Below the pieces are notes generated by a model. It saw only the letters and a list, made by a program, of their open reading frames with translations, ran no database searches and had not been told where the DNA came from. Made by a program: the position numbers and the translations under genes. From Octopus sinensis (taxonomy: Eukaryota), in NCBI RefSeq assembly GCF_006345805.1, contig NC_043004.1:50096001-50160000 (forward strand): 64,000 nucleotides of DNA, written 5' to 3'. Shown in pieces: positions 51,146 to 63,578 of this stretch. How positions within the stretch are numbered: the stretch's first letter is position 1; every line of letters starts with the position of its first letter.

Positions 51146-52161
51146 TAATAGGTTAGTTCTATGGTTCACTGACGTCTTTTTTTCTGGTGGCCAAGTTTGT
51201 CGTTCTGCATGGTTGACTTCCCTGTGGGGAACTGCAAGTCATCAGCCGTTCCAGTTCGTTGATTCTTTTAAAGGGTCATTTTGTTGTATTTACTAAAGTT
51301 CAGTTTTGATTGGAGGTAAAACTTCATTGGTCTAGAGTTAGGATAACACGACACTCGACAAAATCTTGTGTGAACTACAAGTCATAAACTCAAAACTCAC
51401 TCTCCTAGCAGACAAACTCGACAAATCACATTGCAACTGCAAAGAAATATGCCCGGAAGAAGATCCCAACAGAAAGAAATTAGTCAAACCCTCGAAAAAA
51501 ATCTGTAAATCTTTTAATACCTCATTAATACATGTATGTATGTATGTATGTATGTATGTATGTATGTATGTATGTATGTATGTATATGTATGTATGTATG
51601 TATGTGTGTATGTATGTATGTATGTATGTAATGTATGTATGTATGTATGTATGTATGTATGTATGTATGTATGTATGTATGTATGTATGTATGAATGAAT
51701 GTATGTATGTAATGTATGTATGTACGTATCTATGTATCTATGTATCTATGAATATATGTATTTATGTATGTATAAAACAGGATGGTTATTAACTGTTCTG
51801 TCCTTTGACGGGTCTTGTTTTTCCGCTCGCAGTGTAACCGAAAACCAAGCAGCCTCGTGATAATGCCGGTTTAGTCGCCGACCATGCAGCTCGTTGTATT
51901 GGTTTAAATGCTGCCAGTAGTATTTAAGAGTGATTCTTCACGTATTTAATCCGCCATGTTCTAAGCCGAGATGATAGCAACTAACTCAGGAGGCGGAGAA
52001 CTCCAATAGAGTTTGGGGGCAATCATTTGCACCAACTTTCTGCTTCTGTATTTCCTAAAAGTATGCCTGGTCTTACACAAGCCTTCACTGAAAACAAATC
52101 TTTAGTGGGTAGCCTAACAAATGTTGGAATCTGCGTGCATCGGAAACGACCGGTGAATATA

Positions 52162-52219
<58 letters not shown>

Positions 52220-52347
52220 TATATATATATGTAAAAATGAAGTTCGAAAATGCTGCTATATTATACAATTTTTAATTTTATATATACATTATAACATGTT
52301 TCAGTTTTATAACACTGGTCAGTCCAGCGTAACGTGACGTCATCAAC

Positions 52348-52537
52348 GTTTTGACCAATCGTTTCGTTAGGTGGCTTAGTCAAGCAGAACGGGACGTCAT
52401 CAACATTCTGACCAATCGTGACCTATCGCCCTGTATTATAACTGCCTCTTGTCTGTATCCTGTTTTGACCAATCGTTTCGTTAGGTGGCTTAGTCAAGCA
52501 GAACGGGACGTCATCAAAATTCTGACCAATCACGACT
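52348..52537 (+). repeat. Two ~75-bp direct repeats rich in CCAAT and GACGTCA motifs within a (TA)n-flanked insert
   Basis: GTTTTGACCAATCGTTTCGTTAGGTGGCTTAGTCAAGCAGAACGGGACGTCATCAA at 52348 and 52462. Confidence 0.85.
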
Positions 52538-53347
52538 TATATATATATATATCACGTGATCACGTGACCGACCAGACCATCAGATGTTGTTACACATCGC
52601 TGGTCACAATGCGTTCGCATTGTTTTAGCCTTCGAGTGACGCCACCCCGCTGGCTAAGCGAGCAGGCCATATATATATATATATGTTCCGCCAGTACAGT
52701 CCAGGGGTTCCACAAGAAGTCACATAAATGCTAAAATCGACAGTAATTTTTAATTCTCCTGTGCAGATATGTGTGTACATGTACGTGCACAACTATGAGT
52801 TGCATGCCAGCTTAGATGATGGTTTAGTTTCTTTTGTAAAATACGTGTGACTATATTTGGAAGAAACATTTTAACTGTGTAAGCCATTTAGGTGTTGTTG
52901 TTAATTCGCCTCTTAAAAGATCTTTAGCTTTTTAAAAAGCGTTTTTGTAAAAACATTTTCTTGTATGACGTCTATTAATATTTGGTCAAATGTTAAGATG
53001 AAAAAATTCGAAAGAGAGTAGAATTACATATGTAGGAAGAAATAAGAAATACGAAAACTGATACTAAATTATAAGATATGTAAATATGCATAAATATTAA
53101 TTCCTTACAAATTTCTAAATTAGAACAAGGAACAAATACACGACATTTTAAATTCAAATCCGAAAATCTATTTTATTATCATATGCATATTGTTTAGATA
53201 TAATCAAATACCTTTTACTAAAAAAAAAATTAATAAAAAAGCTAAATTTTACATCATTAAACACGCTACACTTTTAAAGATCATTTTGTCCTGCCACTAT
53301 TAGGTTTGCTTTTATATATATACAATTCTGCTTACAGCCTTACAAGT

Positions 53348-55195
53348 ATGGATAGATTTCTGAAAAAACGAAGTTAGCTTAAGAGAGGCAAGGTCTGAGG
53401 CAGTCTGTTGAAGCTGCAGCCACTGCCAGTGATGCTGCCTCGTCGAAATTACCAAGAAATGATGGAATTAACCTGCAACTAAAAGTTCGTCAATATTGTG
53501 AAAACTACATAGCTCTGGGATTTACTTGGACTGGAAACCCAGACTGCCCTTCACCTTTGTGTACTGTTTTTGAGGAGAAACTGGCTAATAGTGCTATGGC
53601 ACCAGCCAAACTGAAACAACACTTAACTAAACATCCAGAGTTGTCAGGCAAAAATTAACAATATTTCAAAAGAGAATTGGCATTTAATAAAAGGCAAGTT
53701 TCTATGTTTGCCAAAAAGTTCAAGTTGAGTGACAAAGGACAAGAAGCAAGTTATGCTGTGGCGGAGATAGTTGCAAGAAAAATGAAATCTCATACCATCG
53801 CTGAAACTGTAATTTCACCTGCATGCCAGGAAATAGTGAGGGTAATGTTTGGAGAGGATGCTGTATCAGAGCTAAATAAAATTCCTCTTTCTGACAACAC
53901 AATACGTAGGCGCATTCAAGACACATCAGGAGACATTGAGTGCAATATTAAGTCAAAAATACTGAAACATAAGTTGTTTGCACTTCAAGTTGATGAGAGT
54001 ACAGACATCACTGGTAAAGCACAGCTCCTTGTATTTGTTCGTTTTATTAATGATGAAGCTATTGTAGAAGACTTCCTGTGTTGCAAAGAGTTGCCAGAAA
54101 CAAGAAAAGGACAAGATGTATTTGATGTTTTCAATTCATATTTAGAGTATTGTGGATCGAACTGGAAAAACTGTGTTGGTATTTGTACAGATGGTGCCCC
54201 TGCAATGACAGGATGTCTTAAAGGCTTTGTCCCAATCGCACAAAAGCAAAATCCAAATACTATCCATACTCATTGTTTCATTCATAGAGAAGCACTAGTT
54301 GCTAAAACTCTTGGACCTGAACTAAAATCTGCATTGAATATGGTAGTGAAAATAGTTAATCATATCAAGACGAGGCCACTTAAATGTCGACAGTTTGCGA
54401 AACTTTGTGTGGGTATGGAAACAGGCCATTCCACCTTAATCCAGCACACAGAAATACGATTGTTGTCAAGGGAAAAAGTATTGTCTCGTTTTTACGAATT
54501 AAGAGAAGTTATTGACCTTTTGTTTGCAAGAAAACCTGAAAGACTTTGTAGAATGTTTGAGTGATGACCATTGGTGTTCCAAGTTAGCATATCTTGCCGA
54601 TATATTTCATGAGCTAAACCTCTTGAACAATGGCGTGCAGGGCAGGAACGAAAAATTCTTGCCTTCTACTGACAAAATAAATGCTTTTCAGAAGAAATTA
54701 CAATATGGAAGAAACGCATAGCTGCAGGAAATTTGGAAATGTTTCCAAGTGTTTTTAAAAGGAATTGTCAAGAAACTGCGCTACTGATTTTGAACCATTT
54801 GCACATTTTGTTAACAAATCTTGACAAATATTTTCCATCGATATCTATTGACCAGTATGACTGGATTAGAAACCCATTTGTGGAATTTGAGCCATTTGAA
54901 GAACAGTTCACTTTAACAGAAGAAGAAGAACTTGCTAGTGTTTTAAATGACAGAACATTAAAGTTGAAGCATTCTGAGCTTAACCTGAATGCATTTTGGT
55001 TGCTGGTTGAAAAGGAAATATCCTGCAATTGTCCAGAAAGCGCTGCGACTTCTTGTGCAGTTTTCAACCTCCTACTTGTGTGAATTTGGATTTTCAGCTA
55101 TGACAACCATCAAGCACAAGAAGCGAGCATAATTGCTGTCTGAGAAAGATGGACTTCGTGTGTGTCTATCAAAAACACGACCCAATCTTGCCTGA
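53348..55195 (+). pseudogene. hAT (Buster/Charlie, ZBED8/FAM200-like) transposase, frameshifted
   Basis: RQYCENYIALGF..PAKLKQHL; FALQVDESTD, GICTDGAPAM, HCFIHREAL, KLAYLADIF, WIRNPF, FSTSYLCEFGFS; ORFs 53677-54564, 54512-54721, 54733-55083; TIRs not found. Confidence 0.92.
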
Positions 55196-55424
55196 GGTCA
55201 TTGTTAGCATTTATTCACAGTAATTTTAACAAATTACGGAGATGTACTTGCATAGCAAGTGACTTGATCTGAATGTATTCCTCAAATCAGCCAATGCAGC
55301 TAATTTGCGACTAAATAACAGAACAACAAACCATTCATTGTACTCTTACGTTGCCACTCGAATTGGTAGAAAGGATAAGAAGTTCTCCCCCAGAAGAAAG
55401 TTCTAGACATACAACATCTAAACA

Positions 55425-55647
55425 TTGGTTTCAAATTTTGGCACAAGACCAACAATTTCAGGGGAGGAGTAAGCTTTTTACATCAACCCCCAGTGTTCAA
55501 CTGGCACTTATTTTATTCCCCCCCCCCCCGAAAGGATAAAAGGCAAAGTCAGACCACGGCGAAACTTGAACTCAGAACGTGAAAATGGATGAAATACCGC
55601 CAAGTATTTTGCCCGGCGTGCCAACGATTCTGCCAACTCACCGCCTT
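55425..55647 (-). mobile_element. SINE family C, diverged
   Basis: Reverse complement of family C head/core. Confidence 0.7.
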
Positions 55648-55836
55648 AGTATAACTAAATATTAAGAAGGAAAAAAAATCACTAAATTTACTTGACTACT
55701 GCAATTCAGTTCAATATTTATTTTATGTTATATAGATGTTTATGTGTTTGTTTGTCTCTGTGTGTAAGTGTTTGTGTGTGTGTAAGTGTGGGTGTGTGCT
55801 TGTGTGTTTGTATGTGTGTGTGTATGTGTGCGGGTT

Positions 55837-55867
<31 letters not shown>

Positions 55868-56432
55868 GTGTGCGTGTAGGCGCAGTACCTTGACAATTAA
55901 AATGTCTTGACTTCGATCCCTTACCCATTTTCGACAACCAATGTTCGACAGATACATCGTCAATGAAATTGGATAGATGGAAACTGTGCAAAAGCCTGTC
56001 GATGAGGTCGGACCTGTAATTCAGAAGGAACACCCTTGTCACACTGCGTCGCACTGAATCTGCCTGTAAATTACGTTAAGGGTACATTTGTCTGTGAGAT
56101 GTTCAACCACTTATATGTTAATTCAGGGGCAGGTAACTGAGATGATAGAACCACTGAATCGTCATCGTGAAATAATCGAACACATAGCTATTACCTTATA
56201 TGACACCTTTATATTGTATCATTTCAAATTTAATTGATTTCTTATCACATCTGAGAAGTAAAGTGACGTACTAAGACTTGGTTAGGTATTGAATGGCAGC
56301 TATTAGTGGTTATGTTATTTCGCTGACTGCAATACTTCAATAATCAATCCATATGATGTACTATCACAGGTTTTCTGTTAGCTCAGTTACATTACAACGA
56401 AGGATCGGTAGTTCTTTACTTATTGTTGCATT

Positions 56433-56664
56433 TGGCAACGAGCTGGCAGAAACGTTAGCACGCCGGGTGAAATGCTTAGCAGTATTTCGTCTGTCTTTAC
56501 GTTCTGAGTTCAAATTCCGCCGAGGTCGACTTTGCCTTTCATCCTTTCGGAGTCGATTAAATAAGTACCAGTTACGCACTGGGGTTGATATAATCGACTT
56601 AATCCGTTTGTCTGTCCTTGTTTGTCCCCTCTGTGTGTAGCCCCTTGTGGGCAGTAAAGAAATA
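56433..56664 (+). mobile_element. SINE family C, full length
   Basis: Colinear with 15378-15608. Confidence 0.9.
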
Positions 56665-56762
56665 ACTTATAGTTTCATTTTGTTGCTAAGTAACTGCTCA
56701 TACAATCGCGCACTTCCTTCCTTCCCTTAGCTTGTTATGGTGTTATAGTATTGTTTGAGACA

Positions 56763-57050
56763 AGGCTTAATGTTTAGGGTATTCGGCTTGCGATTGTAAG
56801 GTCGTGGCTTCGATTCCCGGCTGCGCGTTGTGTCCTTGAGCAAGACATTTTATTTCACGTTGCTACAGTCCATTCAGCTGGCAAAAACGAGCAGTGCCTG
56901 TATTTCAAAGGGTCAACCTGGTTGCGATGCATCTCCCTGTGAACTATATTAAGGGTACCCGTATCTGTGGAATGCTCAGACACTTGCACGTTAATTTCAC
57001 GAGCAGGCTATTCCGTTGATTGGATCAACTGGAACACTCGTCGTCGTAAC
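56763..57050 (+). mobile_element. Diverged tRNA-derived SINE with CORE-like body and tail type 2
   Basis: TGTGTCCTTGAGCAAGACA CORE-like motif; tail matches the reverse complement of 21890-22060. Confidence 0.7.
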
Positions 57051-57372
57051 ATTAATATAAATACAAGGCCTAAGCTAAGCGGCAAGTTGTTAGTCGATTA
57101 CACTGATCCCAGAACTTGACTGATACTCTGTTTTATCAACCCCAAAAGGGTTAAAGGCAAAGTTGACCTCAGCAGGATATGTACTCATAATATTACAGAA
57201 CCGGAAGAAATGCTACAAAACATTTTTGTCAGTCGAACAATATTATAATCCTTCAATCTTTTTTACAACGATCCTATTTTTTTAACAGGGTAATGGAAGC
57301 CGCCAGCGATCTGAACAGATCGAACGCAGATCGAACCCACTTTATGCTTTATCTATATTACCTATCATCTTT

Positions 57373-57559
57373 TATTTCCTTCAGTCATGAGATTGCGGCC
57401 ATGCTGTCACACTGCCTTTAAGGGTTTAGTCAAACAAATCGACCTCGGTACTTTTTTGCCGAAGCGCTAAATTACAGTGACGCAAACAAACCTGCACCGG
57501 ATATCAAGCGATGCCGGAAGGATAGACGCAAAAACATAGATACATATATACATACATAT

Positions 57560-57603
<44 letters not shown>

Positions 57604-57768
57604 AGGGGTTTTTTCAGTTTCTGTGAAATCTACTCACAAGGCTTTGGTCGGCTTCGGGCTGCAGCAAAATACACTTATTTACACTTATTCGAAGTACCGC
57701 GCACTGGACCTGAACCCAAGACCACATAGCTGAACAGTAAGCTTCTTAATCACTCAGCCACGCCTACG
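57373..57768 (-). mobile_element. Diverged SINE family A
   Basis: Both halves plus internal (TA)n recognisable. Confidence 0.65.
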
Positions 57769-58297
57769 CTCATTTCTATAGAGTGGTAAGCTGTGTTACC
57801 AAATCTCGGTGATAAAAGGTGAGATATTCGTACAAACATCCTGTCATAAGATCTGGATATGGAAATATTTTGTTTGTCATTTTGTTTATTCGTATTTCCG
57901 GTGCTCTGACATTAATTTCATGTTATTGTTATTCAATATATTTGCAGTAGCCTTTTTTCAAGTTATTCTGTCCCTAATGCTTTGTTTGTTAAGCTCATCA
58001 TATCTTCCTTATATAGGTCCCTTGTAAGTTTCTTCTTGTCCTCCTGGTAGTGGAGGCTGGGTCTTTTACACAGTGCGAGTTGTTTACGTTGAAGCTATGA
58101 TATACTGATTCTGAGTTCTCTGGCATGTTTGTATGCATTTATATAAGTATGCAACCATTTACTTGAAACGCCAAGTCTTTTGTTTCAAGACAATTATATT
58201 CTACCCCGATGACATTATATGCCAACTCTATTACAAAAGAGCAACAACAACAACTACAACAGGAACAACAACAACGGCAGAAGCAGAAGCAACAGTG

Positions 58298-58366
<69 letters not shown>

Positions 58367-58732
58367 TGTTTTGCGTGGTACGTTCTTTTCTTCTCAACGT
58401 TAGTACTTTCTGAAGACATTACGTTAATATGTAAAATACATAATTCTATTGCATACATATAAATACTGTTATCACCCATAGATATGCATGAGCGCATGCA
58501 AAGCCATACATCCATAAACACACACAGACACACACACACGCACACATACACATACACACACATAGAACGAAAGATAGATACATGCATATATATACATATA
58601 TATATATATACAGATGCATATATATATATATATATACATGCATATATATATATACATGCATATATATATATATATACACATGCATATATATACATGCAAT
58701 ATATAATATATATATATATATATAATAAATAA

Positions 58733-59043
58733 TAAATATTAGGGAATAAATCCAAATTTACAGGGAAAAAATCAGATTTAGGATTAAATCCAATTTTATA
58801 GTAAAATATTATAAAATATTATAGAGACAAAACCACTATTTTGCAAAACAAACAAGGAAAGACTTAATCATACATAAAATTTTAATAAATAGTCAAAAAA
58901 ACCGCCACTACAATTGTTACTTGTCTTGATCGACAATCTTCAGGTGGACTTCCAATAAGTCAGTTTCAAATTATATTAAAATTTTATGTATTGATTAAGT
59001 CTTTCCTTGTTTGTTTTGCAAAATAGTGGTTTTGTCTCTAATA

Positions 59044-59050
<7 letters not shown>
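58733..59050 (-). mobile_element. Fold-back element in (TA)n with a hammerhead in the spacer
   Basis: Arms 58813-58887 and 58974-59050 are reverse complements; (TA)n on both sides. Confidence 0.8.
58905..58947 (-). ncRNA. Type I hammerhead motif with one core substitution (GUAA for GAAA)
   Basis: Minus: CCAC-CTGAAGA-TTGTC-gatcaa-GACAA-GTAA-CAATTG-TA-GTGG; stems I and II perfect, stem III palindromic. Confidence 0.7.
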
Positions 59051-59084
<34 letters not shown>

Positions 59085-59337
59085 GCATATATATATACAT
59101 GCATGTACAAACGTACGTGCATGATGCGTACATACATGCTTACTTACATCCATGAATACATACACACACACACACAGATCAAAATATAGGTACATGCATG
59201 TATATATATGCATACATACGTGCATACATAATGCATACATGCATCCATAAATATATACACACACCTACACACACATAGTTCGAAAGAGAGGTACATGATT
59301 GTGTATATGTGTGTGTGTGTTGAGTGTGTGTGTGTGT

Positions 59338-59646
59338 GAAGGAGCATGGCTCAGTGGTTAGAGCATCGAGCTTACGATCGTGAGGTTGTGAGTTCGAATC
59401 TGCGTGTTGTGTCCTTTCACGTTGCTCCAGTTTACTCAGCTGTAGAAATGAGTTGCGACGTCACCGGTTCCAAGCTGCATCGGCCCCTTTGCCTTTCCCT
59501 CGGATAACATTGGTGGCGGGAAGAGGAGAGGCCGGTAAACATGGGCGACTGGTTATCTTCCATAAACAACTTTCCCCGAACTTGTGCATGGGAGGGTAAC
59601 TTCCTAGGTGCAATCCCATGGTCAGTTATGTCCGAGTGGGGTCTCA
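59338..59646 (+). mobile_element. tRNA-derived SINE (separate family)
   Basis: TGGCTCAGTGGTTAGAGC A box, GAGTTCGAATC B box, CORE-like TTACTCAGCTGTAGAAATGAGT. Confidence 0.7.
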
Positions 59647-60448
59647 GCAGATATATATATATAATATATATATATGCATACATATGTGCATGTGGCATAC
59701 ATAAATGCATACATACATACGCGGGATACATGCATGCACACATACATACACACACACATGCATACCCTTAGATCGAAAGATAGGTACTTGTATGTACGTA
59801 CATGCATACATATGTACATGCAGCATACATACATGCATGTATATACATGCATACATGCCTGCCTACATACATACATACATACATACATACATACATACAT
59901 ACATACATACATACATACATACATACATACAATCTATATATATATATAATAACAAAGGGTAAAATTAATTAATTAAGAAGTAATCAGTAATTTTACCAAG
60001 TAGAATTCGGCATGAAAAAGACCATTTCATGGTAAACTTAAGTAATACTTTATAATTTGTTTTCAAGTACTTTGGTTTTTCTGGGAGTCCCTTTTAAAGT
60101 AAAAGGAATAGCTAAGATTTTTTGACTGCTATTTCTGAAGCAAATCGTTGCTGAACCCTAATTATAAAGTATATATATATAAAATAGTAATGCGCAGTGA
60201 AGCTATACAGTAGCATCGTATTTATTACGTTCGCTATTTTCCAGTAAATATCGGTACTTCGTTGTGCCATTTATTTACCTTTATGTATAATTTTCCCTCA
60301 CGGGCTATCCTTTACTGGAAAACAATACTCTCGTATTGCATTACTATTTTCATTGAAACTTCTTCACTGTCCTCGTTCTGTCAACGTTTTGGCGTTCAGT
60401 CGAGTGTATTGGCATGGATGTGGCAAATCTGAAATGCTGTCGAGGTAT

Positions 60449-60520
60449 ATGTGGCTGATGAAAATAAATCAAATATATGTGGGCAGACATATTTTGAAGA
60501 ATCTGAAACCGGTACCACAT
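60449..60520 (+). ncRNA. Type I hammerhead ribozyme, unit 1
   Basis: ATGTGG-CTGATGA-[stem II]-GAAA-CCGG-TA-CCACAT; one mismatch at the base of stem II (AAAT/ATCT). Confidence 0.85.
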
Positions 60521-60873
60521 TATCCCTTTCTAGGTATTTCATTTTTCAGATGAGCTCCCTAGAGGTAAGACAATTTTTTTCATGTTTGTTGCACACACGC
60601 ATTTTTGCTAGTACATACGCAGTGGAGCTATACATTAGCATCGTATTTATTACGTTCGCTATTTTCCAGTAAATATCGGTACTTCGTTGTGCCATTTATT
60701 TACCTTTATGTATAATTTTCCCTCACCGGCTATCCTTTACTGGAAAACAATACTCTCGTATTGCATTACTATTTTCATTGAAACTTCTTCACTGTTCTCG
60801 TTCTGTCAACGTTTTGGCGTTCAGTCGAGTGTATTGGCATGGATGTGGCAAATCTGAAATGTTGTCGAGGTAT

Positions 60874-60945
60874 ATGTGGCTGATGAAGATAAATCAAATA
60901 TATGTGGGCAGACATATTTTGAAGAATCTGAAACCGGTACCACAT
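60874..60945 (+). ncRNA. Type I hammerhead ribozyme, unit 2
   Basis: ATGTGG-CTGATGA-AGAT...ATATGT-gggcag-ACATAT...ATCT-GAAA-CCGG-TA-CCACAT. Confidence 0.9.
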
Positions 60946-61296
60946 TATCCCTTTCTAGGTATTTCATTTTTCAGATGAGCTCCCTAGAGGTAAGACAATT
61001 TTTTTCATGTTTGTTGCACACACGCATTTTTGCTAGTACATACACAGGAGCTATACATTAGCATCGTATTTATTACGTTCGCTATTTTCCAGTAAATATC
61101 GGTACTTCGTTGTGCCATTTATTTACCTTTATGTATAATTTTCCCTCACCGGCTATCCTTTACTGGAAAACAATACTCTCGTATTGCATTACTATTTTCA
61201 TTGAAACTTCTTCACTGTTCTCGTTCTGTCAACGTTTTGGCGTTCAGTCGAGTGTATTGGCATGGATGTGGCAAATCTGAAATGTTGTCGAGGTAT

Positions 61297-61368
61297 ATGT
61301 GGCTGATGAAGATAAATCAAATATATGTGGGCAGACATATTTTGAAGAATCTGAAACCGGTACCACAT
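61297..61368 (+). ncRNA. Type I hammerhead ribozyme, unit 3
   Basis: Identical to the unit 2 motif. Confidence 0.9.
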
Positions 61369-61576
61369 TATCCCTTTTTAGGTATTTCATTTTTCAGATG
61401 TGCTCCCTAGAGGTAAGACAATTTTTTTCATGTTTGTTGCACACACGCAGTTTTGCTAGTACATACGCAGTGGAGCTATACATTAGCATCGTATTTATTA
61501 CGTTCGCTATTTTCCAGTAAATATCGGTACTTCGTTGTGCCATTTATTTACCTTTATGTATATATATATATATATA

Positions 61577-61770
61577 CCGGAGTAATCACATAAATGTGAA
61601 ACAAGGTGGAAAAAAGAGTACTCAAATACCAGTGGTAGAGTAATATGCTTTATTTAAAGCAGCAGAAAATTCAACAAAACCTGTTACTCTGAGTTTCCCG
61701 TTGCCGTTCATGATGAACGGCAACGGGAAACTCAGAGTAACAGGTTGTTTGAATTTCTGCTGCTTTAAAT
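61577..61770 (-). mobile_element. Family E element with fold-back turning inside the hammerhead core
   Basis: Colinear with 6244-6380; palindrome 61652-61770 centred on GTTCAT-G-ATGAAC. Confidence 0.85.
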
Positions 61771-61773
61771 GAA

Positions 61774-61808
<35 letters not shown>

Positions 61809-61845
61809 TATATATATATATATATATATATACATACATATATTG

Positions 61846-61878
<33 letters not shown>

Positions 61879-62140
61879 GTATAAAGCATGGATCCACATA
61901 TTTTAACAAATACAGGTATATGTTTATGTGTGTGCGCGCGTGTGAGTATACACATACATATATATATATATGTAGACATGCACATGCATCTGAATAATGT
62001 ACATACACACATACATACATACACATACATGCACATACATATAGACACACATACATGACAATGCATACATAAATACATGTGCATGCACACATACGCACAT
62101 ATTATACCATACATATATGTATACATACCGTACATACATA

Positions 62141-62370
62141 TATTTCTTCACTACCCTCAAGGGGCTAAACATAGAGGGGACAAACAAGGACAGATAAACG
62201 GATTAAGTCGATTACATCGACCCAGTGCGAAACCGGTACTTTATTTATCGACCCCGAGAGGATGAAAGGCAAAGTCGACCTCGGCGGATTTTGAACTCAG
62301 AACGTAACGACAGACGAAATACCGCTAAGCATTTCGCCCGGCGTGCAAACGTTTCTGCCAGCTCGCCGCC
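62141..62370 (-). mobile_element. SINE family C, full length
   Basis: Reverse complement of 15378-15608. Confidence 0.9.
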
Positions 62371-62909
62371 ATCTACCGTACATACATATGTTGACATATA
62401 TCTACATACGTCGACTATCATGTCTAACATTTCGTTCAATCACTGCAAACACAGTTTTTATGGAATTGCATAAATTACTTGGCAGAAATGTTTTCTCAGT
62501 AATTTGCAGTAAGTAGCTACAGTTTACTTGAGCATAATGCATCATTCTACAGACATTGTCACTAAACACTTAACACCTCCGCCGTCTCTGCCTCAAATTG
62601 ACAACTGCCGCCGCCACCACCATCACATCCTCCAACACTGCCCCGTTCCTGCACACCCCCATCATCGTCTTATTGTGTCGCAGTGACCCCACCCCCCACA
62701 CTGAGGACTTCATTTGCATTTAGCTGTTGCTGATATCGTCGTCATCATCGTGATCCTTGTTGATGTTACTGCTGTTTGGTGCTGCCACCTAGTTCTGGAT
62801 TCATTCCCACTGCGTGGAACATTGGGGCAAGTGCCATCATATACTAAAGCCCAGGGCCGACCAAAACCTTTCAGTGGATTTCGTAGACTGAAACTGAAAG
62901 AAGTCTATC

Positions 62910-63253
62910 GTGTGTGTGTGTGTGTGTGCGCGTGTGTGTGTGTGCGTGCGTGTGTGCGTGTGTGCGTGTGTGTGTGTGTGTGCGTGTGTGTGTGTGTGCG
63001 CGTGTGTGTGTGCGTGTGTGTGAGTGCGTGTGTGCGTGTATGCGTGTGTGCGTGTGTGCGTGTTGTGTGTGGCGCGTGTGGGTGCGTGTTGTGTGAGTGG
63101 CGTGTGTGCGTGGTGTGCGTGTATGCGTGTGGTGCGGGTGTGCGTGTGTGCGTGTGTGGTGTGTGCGTATGTGCGTGTGTGTGTGTGTGGTCGTGGGTGT
63201 GCGTGTGTGTGAGTGCGTGTGGCGGTGTGCGTGTGTGCGTGTGTGCGTGTGTG

Positions 63254-63285
<32 letters not shown>

Positions 63286-63578
63286 CGCGTGGTGTGTGCT
63301 TGTGTGTGAGTGCGTTGTGCGTGTGTGCGTGCGTGTGTATGTGTGCGTGTGTGTGTGTGTGTGTGGCGCGTGTGTGTGCGTGTGTGTGAGTGCGTGTGTG
63401 CGTGTGTGCGTGTGTGCGTGTGTGGTGTGTGCGTATGTGCGTGTGTGTGTGTGTGTGCGTGTGTGTGCGTGTGTGTGAGTGCGTGTGTGCGTGTGTGCGT
63501 GTGTGTGAGTGCGTGTGTGCGTGTGTGTGTGTGCGTGCGTGTGTGTGTGTGCGTGTGTGTGTGTATCTGCGTGCGTGT
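62910..63578. repeat. Long degenerate (GT)n/(GTGC)n microsatellite
   Basis: Direct reading; source of the VCVC/HTHT ORFs. Confidence 0.95.

Larger units (their letters stand above)
60193..61560 (+). mobile_element. Retrozyme-like tandem array: 3.2 copies of a 423-425-bp unit, one hammerhead per unit, in (TA)n
   Basis: AGCATCGTATTTATTACG recurs at 60212, 60637, 61060 and 61485; units differ by only a few bases. Confidence 0.85.

Noticed and set aside
53677-54564. Domesticated ZBED8/SCAND3-like host gene
   Set aside because: Frameshifts and stops on both sides indicate a dead transposon copy
60353-61520. Repeated 61-73 aa ORFs in the tandem array
   Set aside because: Short, partly non-ATG, no recognisable domain, and one frame is disrupted between units; the RNA structure explains the unit better
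60193-61560. CRISPR-like or plain satellite interpretation of the array
   Set aside because: No repeat-spacer alternation, eukaryotic context, and each unit carries a ribozyme fold
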